NCBI GenBank assembly: GCA_965261595.1
Contig: CBDHDG010000007.1
Coordinates: 96,001 to 160,000 of the forward strand
Direction: 5' to 3'
Length of the DNA: 64,000 nucleotides
Source: a bacterium
GTDB taxonomy: Bacteria; UBA8248; JACPRG01; G963555815
Position numbers and translations under genes: made by a program. Shown here piece by piece: positions 19,408 to 29,719 of the stretch (its first letter is position 1; each line of letters opens with the position of its first letter). Below the pieces are notes generated by a model. It did no database searches. It saw only the letters and a list, made by a program, of their open reading frames with translations, and was not told where the DNA came from.

Positions 19408-19437
19408 TTTATAAAATCATTGGATGCAATATGTCAA
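19408..19437 (-). promoter_or_regulatory. Sigma70-type promoter of merR-hicB
   Basis: TTGACA-18 nt-TATAAA; the spacer contains the dyad ATTG-CATC-CAAT. Confidence 0.55.
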
Positions 19438-19623
19438 AGGTTTTTCTCTCGCCGGCATTTCTCGCAAATGGACAGGGGTTTTGCCGAGACCGATAAATCG
19501 TTTTTCCGCAACCTGCTAAAACATCGTCAACGAATTGATCCATCGGGACATTCCTCCCGGCAATAAAAAAACGCACCCACCGAGATGGGCGCGCCTTGCG
19601 ATCTTCCGGGAAAAACGCGGGAA

Positions 19624-20964
19624 TCAGTTGGCCGAGGCCGCCGCCGGATTCACTTCCTCCCCATCCTCCTCGACGATCCACCGGACCGACTTGGAGCACG
19701 GGCAGGCCCCGCCTACGTGTTTCAGGACGGGCGACTTCTTGATGGCCTCCTCCGCCGGGATCTCTCCGGCCTCGACCTGACCCACGAGATCGAAATAGAA
19801 CTTGAACTCGAAGCCCGCCAGATAGGCATCGGGAAGGGTCCGGGCCAGATGGCGGCCGTATTCGGCCGCGTCGGTGAATTCCTCGCCGTCCACGCCGAAC
19901 ATCCCGAAGGCGCTGCCCCCCCGGCGGCGGTTGAACCGCCTCTCCGGCAGGTGGATCAAATCCTCCCAATGGATGCCCTGAGCGGTCTCCCGATATTTCA
20001 CGACCTTGTCCAGCAGGCTTTCCGCGCCGTCCGCCGGCAGGTCGGGCAGTTTCGCCCGGACGTAGCGCACGTTGAGGTCCCACACCAGTTTTTCGACCTC
20101 TTCGATATACCGGGCCTGGGCTTCGGCGTTGTTCAGATCTTTTAAGCCCATCCGGAGGTTGCGGCCGCCGCCTTTCTCATGGCCGAACATGTCGAGACCT
20201 AGGGGGAACCACTTGTAGACCACCTTTTGGAGGGCGGGCATGGTGGTGTAAATCGCTCCCTGCGCGGCCTGCGTCACCCAGCGGCGCAGGGGGACGACGC
20301 CCGCGGCCAGGTGGAACGCCTCCTCCTGGAGCATCGGCGGCATGCTCGCGGCGAACGGTTTATACGCGCAGACCTTCTGCATCGTGAGCTGGTACTTGCC
20401 GACCCGGTCGATGAGCGCGGCGAAGACGACGTTGTCCACGAAGGAATCGTACCGGACGTTGAAGGCCCCGAGGACGTGGGTCCCCGTCTCCATCGAGAGG
20501 ATCTCTTCGATGTACGCGTCGGCCTTTTTCTTCGAGACGCCGCTCCAGTCGTCGTCCACAAGGAGGGAGAACATCTGGTAACCGTGGCGCAGCTCTTCGG
20601 CCATGACGCGCAGGACCCAGAACCGGTCCTCGTCGCTCTGGGCGCGGGCCAGGGTCTCTTGGTGCTGCTGGATGGAGCCGAACTCCGTGCTGGCCTGCGC
20701 CCGGAGGATTTGCAGCAGGGCACCGGCCAACGGCTCGTCCATCTCGGCGGCTTTTTGGAATTTCGGCTTTCCCCGGCGGTCGCCCACGGTGATGGTGTCG
20801 GGGACGCCGGCGTCGCGGTAGGCGCAGAGGTCGAACTTGGGGTCCCGGGGAAAGTGCTTCTCCCAGTTGTTCAGGAGCAGGTCGTAATCCGGCAGGAACT
20901 TCTCTCTCCACCGAATGACCGCGTCATGATATTTTTTCGGCAGGGTTTGCTTCGGGAAATTCAT
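19624..20964 (-). CDS. BoxB/PaaA-like ferritin-fold diiron aryl-CoA epoxidase subunit
   Basis: QASTEFGSIQQH, AEELRHG, IDRVGKYQL, MLQEEAFH, GLDMFG, as in BoxB-type EExxH pairs. Confidence 0.75.
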   Translation of the reverse strand: MNFPKQTLPKKYHDAVIRWREKFLPDYDLLLNNWEKHFPRDPKFDLCAYRDAGVPDTITVGDRRGKPKFQKAAEMDEPLAGALLQILRAQASTEFGSIQQHQETLARAQSDEDRFWVLRVMAEELRHGYQMFSLLVDDDWSGVSKKKADAYIEEILSMETGTHVLGAFNVRYDSFVDNVVFAALIDRVGKYQLTMQKVCAYKPFAASMPPMLQEEAFHLAAGVVPLRRWVTQAAQGAIYTTMPALQKVVYKWFPLGLDMFGHEKGGGRNLRMGLKDLNNAEAQARYIEEVEKLVWDLNVRYVRAKLPDLPADGAESLLDKVVKYRETAQGIHWEDLIHLPERRFNRRRGGSAFGMFGVDGEEFTDAAEYGRHLARTLPDAYLAGFEFKFYFDLVGQVEAGEIPAEEAIKKSPVLKHVGGACPCSKSVRWIVEEDGEEVNPAAASAN

Positions 20965-21050
20965 ATCTAAAGTCCTTGGCCCCTCGGGCCGCCCTCGGCC
21001 CTCCCCCCCCCCCGCCTCCTCTTTCATGCCGGGGGGTGGTTTGCGCCAAC

Positions 21051-21512
21051 CTACGCGATGGATTTCTCCAGCGCCTGGATGGGTGAAGGAGCGAATCCCA
21101 GCGCCTGAAAGTACTTGATGATGTCCTCGCTCTGGGTGCTCACCAGCGTCCGGACGGTCTTGGCGCCGGCGGCCTTGAAGTGCTCGAACATCGCCTCGGC
21201 CAACCCCCGCCCAATGGACTGTCCCCGGCGGTCCGGGTCGATCCCCATGATCTCAATCCAGCCGGTCGGCTCTTCCAGCCCGAACTCTCCCGACCTGATC
21301 TCACCCAGCATGAAGCCCACGACGACGCCGCCGATCTCGGCCACCTGGGAGGTCTCCGGATTCCGGCGGATGTAGTAAATGGCCCTGCGCTCCCATTCCT
21401 CGGGTCTGTAGGTCCCCGTAATTTTTTCGTCGATCTTGGCCAAGCTGCCGATGTCCAACTCATCGAGGGGGCGGATTTTCACGGTCACAGTCGCTCCAGC
21501 CAATTCAGGCAC
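21051..21512 (-). CDS. GNAT-family acetyltransferase
   Basis: VAEIGGVVVGF, IGIDP-like strand then RRGQSIGRGL acetyl-CoA motif, YFQALGF. Confidence 0.9.
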   Translation of the reverse strand: MPELAGATVTVKIRPLDELDIGSLAKIDEKITGTYRPEEWERRAIYYIRRNPETSQVAEIGGVVVGFMLGEIRSGEFGLEEPTGWIEIMGIDPDRRGQSIGRGLAEAMFEHFKAAGAKTVRTLVSTQSEDIIKYFQALGFAPSPIQALEKSIA

Positions 21513-21585
21513 CCCCTCCGCTCGGTCCTAATTCCCTTGACGGATTCCCCAACCCACGGGCTCGTCTTTTTCACCTTGGGAGTGA

Positions 21586-21613
21586 ATCATATTACAGTAT
21601 TATCATATGTCAA
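21586..21613 (-). promoter_or_regulatory. Sigma70-type promoter for the GNAT-boxB-like pair
   Basis: TTGACA-16 nt-TATGAT in an AT-rich patch. Confidence 0.55.
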
Positions 21614-21697
21614 TATTTACTTATGACCAAGCGGGAACAGATTTTTTCATTCCATCCGGAATCCCGGAGGTTTTTCCCTCCGCTTGACCTTCGCGAC

Positions 21698-24600
21698 CTA
21701 GCGCCGGGGCTGTTCCCGGACCCCCTCCGTCGGAGAGAGTCCCGCGGGGACGGCCTCTGATCTCGGCCGGGGGGGAATCTCTCCCTCCCTCGCCTCGTCC
21801 GACGCTGAAGAGACGTGCGCCCGCGCCAGGGTCCGGCGCTCGGACTCCTCCGCCTCAGTCCCGAACACCAGCCGGCGGAGGTAGGCGGCGATGTCGTCCA
21901 CAACCGCGTAGAGCGTGGGCGTCATGAAGAGCGTGATGAAGGTGGCGAACCCCAGGCCGGTCGCCACAACGATCCCCAGCGGCTTCATCATTTCCGATCC
22001 CTCGCCCATCCCGATGGCCAGCGGGAGAAGGGCGACGATGGTCGTCATCGAGGTCATCAGGATGGGACGGAGACGGAGACGGCCCGCCTCCCGGATGGCC
22101 TCCAGCTTTGGCAGGCCGTGGTCCCGCCGCTGCTGGACGATGTACTCGACGAGAAGGATCGCGTTGTTCACCACGATCCCCACCAGCAGGATGACCCCCA
22201 GCATGACGGTCGCCCCGATGGCGGTGTTCGTAAAGTACAACCCCAGAAGGCCGCCCATCAAGGCCATCGGAACGGTCAGGATGATCACCAGGGGGTTGGA
22301 GAGCGATTCGTACTGAACGGCCATCACCACGAACACCAGGAAAATGGCCAGGGCGCTCAGCAGGATCATCGTCCGGTTGTTCTCGGACATGGCCTCTTCC
22401 TCTCCGCCGGCCAGGATGCCGTAGCCGGGGGGCAGGTTCATCCCACGGATCACGGCGCGGATGTCTTTCGCCACATCGCCCAGGGGCCGGCCGTCGATGT
22501 CCGCCACAACCTGGAGGACGCGCGACTGGTCCTCCCGGCTGATGGCGGCCGGGCCCATCCCGGAGCCCACCTTCGCCACGTGGCGCAGCGGGATGATCTC
22601 GACGGACCTGGGGAAGAGGCTGAGGTTCTCAATGTCGCTCTGCGAGCCGATGAAGGCCCCCGCGTACCGGACCCGGACGTCCACCTGGCGGTCCCCCCGC
22701 GTAAGCTTGGTGGCAATCACCCCGTCCACGGCCGCCCGGACGGTGTTGCCCACCTCGGTCACCGTGAGCCCGAACTGGGCGGCCCGCTCGCGGTCCACGC
22801 GGACGCGGAACTCGGGCTCGGTGTCATCCAGGTTGCGGTCCACGTTCGTCACACCCGGCACGGTCTTCATGCGCTCGATCAGCTCGCGTCCGAGCTCGTT
22901 CAGGGTATCGAGGTCGTCGCCGCGGACACTGATGCCGATGTCCCGCCGGTGGTTCGCGTTGCCCACGTTCAACCCCCGGACCCGGGATTTGCGGATGAAG
23001 ATGCGCGCGTCGGGGATGCCCAGCGCGCGGACCTTCCGGTTGAGCTTCCTGACATAATCGAGGGTCTTGACTTCCGGGTCCACAGTCACGTCCACGTTGC
23101 CGATGGTGGCCTGGGTCCTCACACCCCGGCCGTAGAGCCGTCCGCCGGCGACCAGGAAGGTGGATCGGCTCTCCGGCATCTCGAGCGCCACGTCGCTCAG
23201 CTTGCGGATCACCTCGGTGTTTTCCTCCAGCGTCCGGCCCGGCGGGAACCGCACGTAAATCGTCGCCCGGTGGTCATCGACCGGCGGCAGGAGCTCTGTG
23301 CCGACCTGTCCATAGATCGGGATGATGGCCGTGAAACCGACGACAATCAGCCCGAGGACCAGGTAGCGAAATCGCAGGATTCCCCCGAGGGCCCGGGCGT
23401 ACAGGTTGGTGATCCATTCGATCAGCGCTTGGAAAATCCGGATGGGGAAGAAGCGCCCGATGCCGCTCGATCGGGGGATGCAGAGCAGCTTGGCCGAGAG
23501 CGTGGCGATCAGCGTCAGGGCCACCAGAAGGGAGATGACCATGGCGAAGGAGATCGTCAGGACCATCTCCCGGAACAGGAGCGCGGCGATCCCGGAAATG
23601 AACAGGAAGGGCACAATGGCCGCCAGGTTGGTCCCCGCGGAGGCCCACAGGGCGGACTCCACTTCTTTCGCGCCGGCGTGGGCGGATTCGATCGGGTCCC
23701 CGCTGCACTGCTGGTGGCGCGAGATGTTCTCGAGCATGACGATGCTGTTGTCCACAAGCATCCCCACCCCCAGCGCGAGTCCGCCCAGGCTGAAGATGTT
23801 CAGCGTCAGGCCGCTCAACTTCATCAGGAAGAACGTCACGGTCAGCGCGATGGGGATCGACAGGCCGACGATGAAGGTCCGGCGCAGGCTCCCCAGGAAG
23901 AAAAGGACCACCAGGATGGCCAGCCCCCCGCCGATGCCGATGGCGGTGGAGACGTCCCGGATCGAGTTCTTGATGAACCAGGATTGATCGAACATGATTT
24001 TCAACTGGGTGTCCGTTGGGAACAGGCCCTGGGTCCTGAGGGACGCGAGACGCTTGTGGACCCCTTTGGCCACGTCCACGGTGTTGGCGTCGGGCTGCTT
24101 CAGCAGAACGACCTTGATGGCCTCGTCGTTGTTGACCCAGGCGAAAATCCGCTGGCGCTCCCCGCCGTCTTCCACCCGCGCGAAGTCTCTCAGATAGACC
24201 TTCTTCCCCTGTGCGTTATGGAAGATGACATTCTCTAAGTCCTCGGGTTTGGATAGACGCCCCATGGTCCGGGTCAGGAATTCCGCCCCCCGGCCGATGA
24301 CGCGCCCTCCGCTCACCTCCCGGTTCTCATCATCCAGACGCTTGATCACATCGTTGATGTTGAGGCCCATCTGTTGGAGGCGGGGAAAGTCCACCAGGAC
24401 CTGAATCTCTTCCCGCTGTCCGCCCATGACCTCGACCGAGGCGACGCCGGGGACGATCAACAGGTCGCGGACGAGGATCTCGTCGGCCCACGTCCGAAGG
24501 GCCGTGCCCGTCAGCGTCTTGGAGGACAGGGAAAATTCCAGGATGGGAAGCTGGGCCGGATCGAACTTCCAGACCCGGGGCGGATCGATGTCGTCCGGAA

Positions 24601-24955
24601 GGCCCCGCCGCGCGAGACTCACCTTCGTGATGGTGTCCTGCACGGCCAAGTCGATGTTGCGGTCGAACCGGAAAAAGAGGTTGATGAAGGACCGGCCCTC
24701 GGAGCTGGACGAGTAGATCTTCCGGATGCCGTCCGTCGTCGCCAGCTCCCGTTCCAGAACCTTCGTCACCTCCTCCTCCATGACGGTCGGGTTCACGCCC
24801 GGATAACTCACGATGACAATGATGCGCGGGTAAATGATGCGGGGGAGAGAGTCTACCGGAAGGCTCCTGACGGAGGCCAGCCCCAGGACGATGACGCAGA
24901 GGGTGATCATCAGCGTCCCGATGGGTCGGCGGATGCTGATCCGGCTGAGCGACAT
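21698..24955 (-). CDS. RND efflux permease (AcrB/AcrD/AcrF family)
   Basis: SIRRPI, GMLVDNSIVMLENI, GIVVNNAILLV, RLRPILMTS. Confidence 0.96.
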   Translation of the reverse strand: MSLSRISIRRPIGTLMITLCVIVLGLASVRSLPVDSLPRIIYPRIIVIVSYPGVNPTVMEEEVTKVLERELATTDGIRKIYSSSSEGRSFINLFFRFDRNIDLAVQDTITKVSLARRGLPDDIDPPRVWKFDPAQLPILEFSLSSKTLTGTALRTWADEILVRDLLIVPGVASVEVMGGQREEIQVLVDFPRLQQMGLNINDVIKRLDDENREVSGGRVIGRGAEFLTRTMGRLSKPEDLENVIFHNAQGKKVYLRDFARVEDGGERQRIFAWVNNDEAIKVVLLKQPDANTVDVAKGVHKRLASLRTQGLFPTDTQLKIMFDQSWFIKNSIRDVSTAIGIGGGLAILVVLFFLGSLRRTFIVGLSIPIALTVTFFLMKLSGLTLNIFSLGGLALGVGMLVDNSIVMLENISRHQQCSGDPIESAHAGAKEVESALWASAGTNLAAIVPFLFISGIAALLFREMVLTISFAMVISLLVALTLIATLSAKLLCIPRSSGIGRFFPIRIFQALIEWITNLYARALGGILRFRYLVLGLIVVGFTAIIPIYGQVGTELLPPVDDHRATIYVRFPPGRTLEENTEVIRKLSDVALEMPESRSTFLVAGGRLYGRGVRTQATIGNVDVTVDPEVKTLDYVRKLNRKVRALGIPDARIFIRKSRVRGLNVGNANHRRDIGISVRGDDLDTLNELGRELIERMKTVPGVTNVDRNLDDTEPEFRVRVDRERAAQFGLTVTEVGNTVRAAVDGVIATKLTRGDRQVDVRVRYAGAFIGSQSDIENLSLFPRSVEIIPLRHVAKVGSGMGPAAISREDQSRVLQVVADIDGRPLGDVAKDIRAVIRGMNLPPGYGILAGGEEEAMSENNRTMILLSALAIFLVFVVMAVQYESLSNPLVIILTVPMALMGGLLGLYFTNTAIGATVMLGVILLVGIVVNNAILLVEYIVQQRRDHGLPKLEAIREAGRLRLRPILMTSMTTIVALLPLAIGMGEGSEMMKPLGIVVATGLGFATFITLFMTPTLYAVVDDIAAYLRRLVFGTEAEESERRTLARAHVSSASDEAREGEIPPRPRSEAVPAGLSPTEGVREQPRR

Positions 24956-24972
24956 GAGGGGGCGTCCTTATC

Positions 24973-26585
24973 TCACCGGGTGATCTTGATCGAGCTTCCG
25001 GGGCGAAGACGGTTTTGACCCTTGATGACGACAAGGTCCCCGGCCTTCAGGCCCGAGCGGACTTCGGCCCAGTCCCCGGCAACCTCTCCCGCGACGACCC
25101 TGCGGGACTCGGCGATGTGGCCCGGCCGGGACGGCCGGCCGCCTTGTTTCGCGTGCGCGGGACCTTTGCCGAAGCGCCCGCCGGACGGAACGGCCGACGG
25201 TTGAACCCCTTTCCGCTTCTGAAGGCCCGGAGGGGTTCCATTGGGGGACGCCGCGGCGGCGTCTTTCCTGTGCGGGCTTCCCGCCGGCTCCCCCCCCCCC
25301 TCCTGTTCACCCGTGCGCCTTGGGACGGCGATCCTTTGGGCGGCGATTTCTTGGCGACGAAGACCTCATGCCGCCCTCCCCGCACCCGGCGGACAAGGGC
25401 GGCCTTGGGGATGATCAGGCCCTCCCGGGGCGAGTGTGAAGTCAAGGTCAGGCGGGCAAGAAGACCCGCGGGAAGCGCGCCCCCCGGGTTGTCCAGCCCG
25501 ACCTCGATGGTGGCCTGCCTGGAGGCCGGATCCACCGCCGGGAAGACCCGAATCACCCGCCCGGGGAACTTCCGGCCCGGGTAGGCGTCGAACGTTACGG
25601 CCGTCCTTTGTCCGACCTTCACTTTGGAGAGATCCAGCTCGGAGATTTGCGTACGGATTTTCAGCCGATCGGTGTTCACCAGGGTGATCATGTGCGTGCC
25701 GACCCGGGCCAGGTCGCCGGGCTCGATGCGCCGCTCCGACACGATCCCGGCGATGGGGGAGACCGTCCGCGCGTGTTCCATCCGGACGCGCAGGAGGTTG
25801 GCGTTCACCCGGTCGCGGAGAAGCTCACTGCGGGCGCCGGCGATGTCCTCTTTACGGGCGCCCGCCCTTATCAGCCTGAGTTTCGCCCGGGCGGCCAGAA
25901 GGGCGGCCTTGCTCTCTTCAAGCTTGGCTTCCATCTCCGCCTGATCGGCCTCGGTCGATTTCGCCAGGGTCCTGGACGCCAAGCGCCGCTGGGGGCTGAC
26001 CACCCCTTGGCGGAACATCCTTTCGTACATGTCCGCGTCGGTCTTGGCTTCGTTCTTCTTGGCGCGGGAGGAATCCACCTCCGCCCGGACCCGGGCCGCG
26101 AGGGCCTTGGCCTGCGCCACCTGGGCGGCGACCTGGGCGATTTCCTCGGGCCGGTTTCCGGCCAGGAGCTTCGCCACCCGCGACCGGGCGGTCTGGACCT
26201 CAGCCTTGGCCAGCTCGAATTGGTGGCGCGAGATCGCGTCGTCCTGGAGGACGAGGACCTGCCCCTTTTCGACGCGATCGCCCTCGCGCACGTCCAGCCG
26301 GAGGACCTGACCCTCGGTGCGGGCCGAGAGCTTGATTACGGTTTCGGGGATGGCGGTTCCGGTGGCGATAATGGTGTATACGAGCCGGCCGCGCTTGACG
26401 GGCGCCACGCGCACGGCGATGGTCGAGCTTCGAAAGCGCCTGTGCGCCTTGCCCTTGGATTGGGGCTGCTCGCCCTTGCAGGACATCAGCGCCAGGGACA
26501 AGGCCAAAAAGAGGCCGAATCCCGTGCGTGTCCGCCGCCTGGGTTTCAAAAGGACGATCCCCTCCCCCTTCTCCCTCGCCTTCAT
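24973..26585 (-). CDS. RND periplasmic adaptor (MFP), frameshift probably at the C-run 25290-25300
   Basis: Lipobox-like LMSC, VREGDRVEKGQVL, SPIAGIV, FPAVDPASR; terminal GLKAGDLVVIKGQNRLRPG lies in another frame ending at 24973. Confidence 0.85.
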
Positions 26586-26615
26586 TCCGACATCAAAATC
26601 GATTATATGATTGTA

Positions 26616-27200
26616 CCCAGATATCCCATATGGATCATAACTTTTGTCGGACCGGAGAACATTTTCTGGAGTAAAATCAATGCATGAGCCTCCCCGAGCC
26701 ATCCTCTCGCGGGGTAATCCAATGGGTGAAGCGAAAAAGTGGGCGTTGAAGGTCCGTTTTGAGCGTCGGCTGAGGCTTGAGTTTCACGGAACCAGAATGA
26801 CTTCGGATGCGGGATTGCTGGCCTGCCGAGAGGGATCAAGCACTGGTCGTTACGCGGCCTTCAGCTTAAGCTCCTCAAAATGGGCGGCCGGCTCGTGCGG
26901 TACGCCCGCCACATCACCTTCCAGTTGGCCGAGGTCGGTGTATCCAGGAAGACATTTGCCCTTATCTTGGAGAGAATCAAGCGATGATGCCCGGTGCCTG
27001 TCTAGCGACCCTAAGCGGAGTCCACACAAGGGCAAAATGACGAAGACTCCAAACCTGGTGGTCAAGCCCGTTTACACGCCGGCGCTGACATGGTTTTCCA
27101 ATGGCGGATACCGCTCCGATCAGGGTTTCAGGCGCCCGAAATGGTGTTGACAGCCCCGGTAAAGAGGGCTCTAATTGAGTTAAAGAGCAACGGGTGGTCA
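26616..27200 (+). mobile_element. Internally deleted IS1380-family remnant
   Basis: Left IR CCCAGATATCCCATATGG at 26616; transposase N-term ([20 protein letters not shown]) joined directly to C-term (IKHWSL..KLLKMG..ARHITFQLAEV). Confidence 0.8.
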
Positions 27201-27224
27201 ATACAAGAGTTGTCTTGATTTAAA

Positions 27225-28919
27225 CCGGGATTTCCCAGATGACCACTCTTAGCCATCCTGCGGTCCTCCTGTGTCATCAAAGTACCCCATTTTACTACAG
27301 ATTCAGGGTCTCTTTGCAGAACCCTCTGCTCAATCGAGGGGCAACGGCCGTCCTAAAGCCGCAATCCCTTGAAAACCCAGCTCTACCGGCACACTCAGGG
27401 GAGTTCGGCACAGACTGATCCCCCGTCTCCACCACGTCACTAAGCTTCCGGGCCATCTGCTCCGTCATCCGGTATCTGGTACGGGAGGCGGTAACCACAA
27501 CCGTCGAATTCGTTCAAGGATTGCCCTGAACAGTTGACGCGGCACGGCCACCTCGGCCATCTGGAAGGTGGTGTGCCGGGCGTGGGTGACCACCTTGGCC
27601 CCAATCTTAATCAGCTTCTCGCGTAACGTCGTCAGCGACCAGTGCTTCACCGCTCTGGGCAACGCCAGCCGCCGCAGGAAGTTTGCCAGGTTGTACGCCA
27701 AGGCAAATAGTTGCAAGCGAACCTGGTTCTCTTCAAAGCCGTGGCAGGACAGGCGCGTCCAGTTCAGGGCGTACTTGCCCTCCTTGATCCACTGCTCCGC
27801 CGTCCCACGCTGGTTGTAGAACCTCACGACGTTCTCTTCCCGCCAGTGCAGGTTGGTCACGATGAAGCTGACTCTTGGAAACAACTCGCCCTGGTGCCAC
27901 TCGACCGCCACCACCACCCGGCGAGGCTTCTCCCAACTAGCCGCCTGATAGGAGACGCTGTGGTAGAAGATAATGGGCCTTTTGGGCGGTCGGCCAACCG
28001 GCCGGGTCAGAAGGCATTCGATGTCCCTGTACAAGATGGCGTTGGCCGGAAGCCGAATCGCATAGGAGTAGCCCTCCGCCTCAAGGTATCGGTACACCTC
28101 CGGCTTGGCAAATGCCGCGTCGCCTCGAAAAAACCGACAGACCTTCGCATCCCGGTAGCGAGCTACCACCGGCTCCAATACAGACCACCAGTCATCAGCG
28201 CTGTGGACCTTGCCGTTGCGCAACAGCGCCCGCTCCAGATCGCCAAACTGGTTGAAGCAAAACAGTGGGTGATAGCAGGTGCAGCCGAAGTGGCCGTTGT
28301 AGGAAGAGCCTTCCTGCTCACCGTGGGTCGGGCTGACCGAACTGTCCATGTCCAGGATCAGCTTGCGAATCGGCTTGCGTTTGCGGACACGATCCACCAA
28401 CACACCGGGCAGACCGCTCAGCGCCTTGAGGGGTTAAGGGGCCGGGTGAGGGTCTGCGTCTCGAATCGGCTCATCTGGCTGGTGGAGGCAGCGGTGTGAT
28501 ACTTCGCTCGCCCCCCAACCACCTGACGCATGGCGGGATCGACACAGAGCCGCTCGGCATCATTGGTGTCTTTATATCCTGCCAGGCGGCTGTAGACCGA
28601 CTGGCGCACCAAAGCGGTGAGGCTGTGCCGGGTGTTCCCGCCCGTCCGTGAATCGGACAGAAACCCCTCGGCCGCCTTCGTCAGCCCCAACACCTCATCC
28701 AGTTCACGATAGGCAAGCAAACCGGCGTCACTCGTAACCTTTGCTCCGTGAAACTCCAGCCTGAGCCGACCGTCGAATTGGAGCCTCAACGGCCTCTTTT
28801 TCGCTTCACCCATCGGGTCCCCTCGCAAGATGATGGCAGGGAGAGGCCAACACCTTGATTTTACACGAGAAAACGGCCTTCGGGGCGTTAAAAATTATCA
28901 TCCATATGGGAAATGCGGG
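27225..28919 (-). mobile_element. IS1380-family insertion sequence (1695 bp)
   Basis: Terminal IRs CCGGGATTTCCCAGATG (27225) and CCCGCATTTCCCATATG (minus strand from 28919). Confidence 0.88.
27465..28813 (-). CDS. IS1380-family transposase, frameshift near 28430
   Basis: [26 protein letters not shown]...[26 protein letters not shown]. Confidence 0.9.
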
Positions 28920-28974
28920 TTGTATTACGATGAATGAGAACGTGTGGCAATAAATTCCCCGCTCGGAACCGGCC

Positions 28975-29331
28975 ATGTCGACGAATCCGTATGAGTTCCG
29001 GACCGAACCGGATCGCGAGGCGCTCTCCGTCTCCGGGGAGATTCGCGGGGAGTCGGCCCGTAGGTTTTCCGCCGATCTGGCCCGAGAGGCCCTTCGCCGG
29101 GGCAGGCCGGGGGGGGTCGTCCATCTGGATTTGGATGAGTTGGACCTGTTGGATGGGGCCGCCGTGGCCGAGATGGTGAACGCCCTCCGGGAGATTTTGA
29201 ATGCCCGGCGGCGTCTTGAAATCCATCGCTCTCCCCAAATGCTCGCCCACACCCTCTACAAGACCGGGATGCTCGAGGACAGACGGGTCACGCTCATTGA
29301 TCCCGTCGAAGAAGGGTCCACGGCGAACTGA
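28975..29331 (+). CDS. STAS-domain-like protein
   Basis: LSVSGEI...VHLDLDELDLLDG.AV..MV...L..TG pattern. Confidence 0.65.
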   Translation: MSTNPYEFRTEPDREALSVSGEIRGESARRFSADLAREALRRGRPGGVVHLDLDELDLLDGAAVAEMVNALREILNARRRLEIHRSPQMLAHTLYKTGMLEDRRVTLIDPVEEGSTAN

Positions 29332-29363
29332 GATCCCCTCCTGTGTCATCCCGCCTCTCATTT

Positions 29364-29429
29364 AGACGGCGGGGGGTTCCCAACCCTGGGGGGTTCCCAA
29401 CCCCTTGGAAGGGTTCCCCAGCGCCGTCT
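29364..29429. repeat. Short tandem repeats enclosed by an 8-bp inverted repeat
   Basis: AGACGGCG ... GGGGGGTTCCCAACCC x2 plus a degenerate third copy ... CGCCGTCT. Confidence 0.6.
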
Positions 29430-29643
29430 CCGCATGTTCGGCCCATCCCTCCTTTTCACCTTTTTACAAAAACGCCCCTCCTGTTTGTAAAGTATTCAAC
29501 CCGTGACCCCGCTGTAAACGCCGGACACCCCTCTTGGACGGGTCCGCACGTGATTCACCGACCCTCGGATATCTGTATAACCTGTTGTATTTAATTAAGT
29601 TAAATATTATCGAAAGGCGCTGGCCGTCTTCAATCGCCGCTTT

Positions 29644-29659
29644 TGGCAAGCCCCTTGCT
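29644..29659 (+). promoter_or_regulatory. Sigma54 (-24/-12) promoter
   Basis: TGGCAAGCCCCTTGCT = GG-N10-GC; upstream AT-rich tract and a TTTACAAA/TTTGTAAA dyad. Confidence 0.7.
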
Positions 29660-29719
29660 CTATAGAGGGTGCGTGAGGGTCGTTGCGATAACGATGTGAT
29701 CGATAGGGAGCATCGGATC

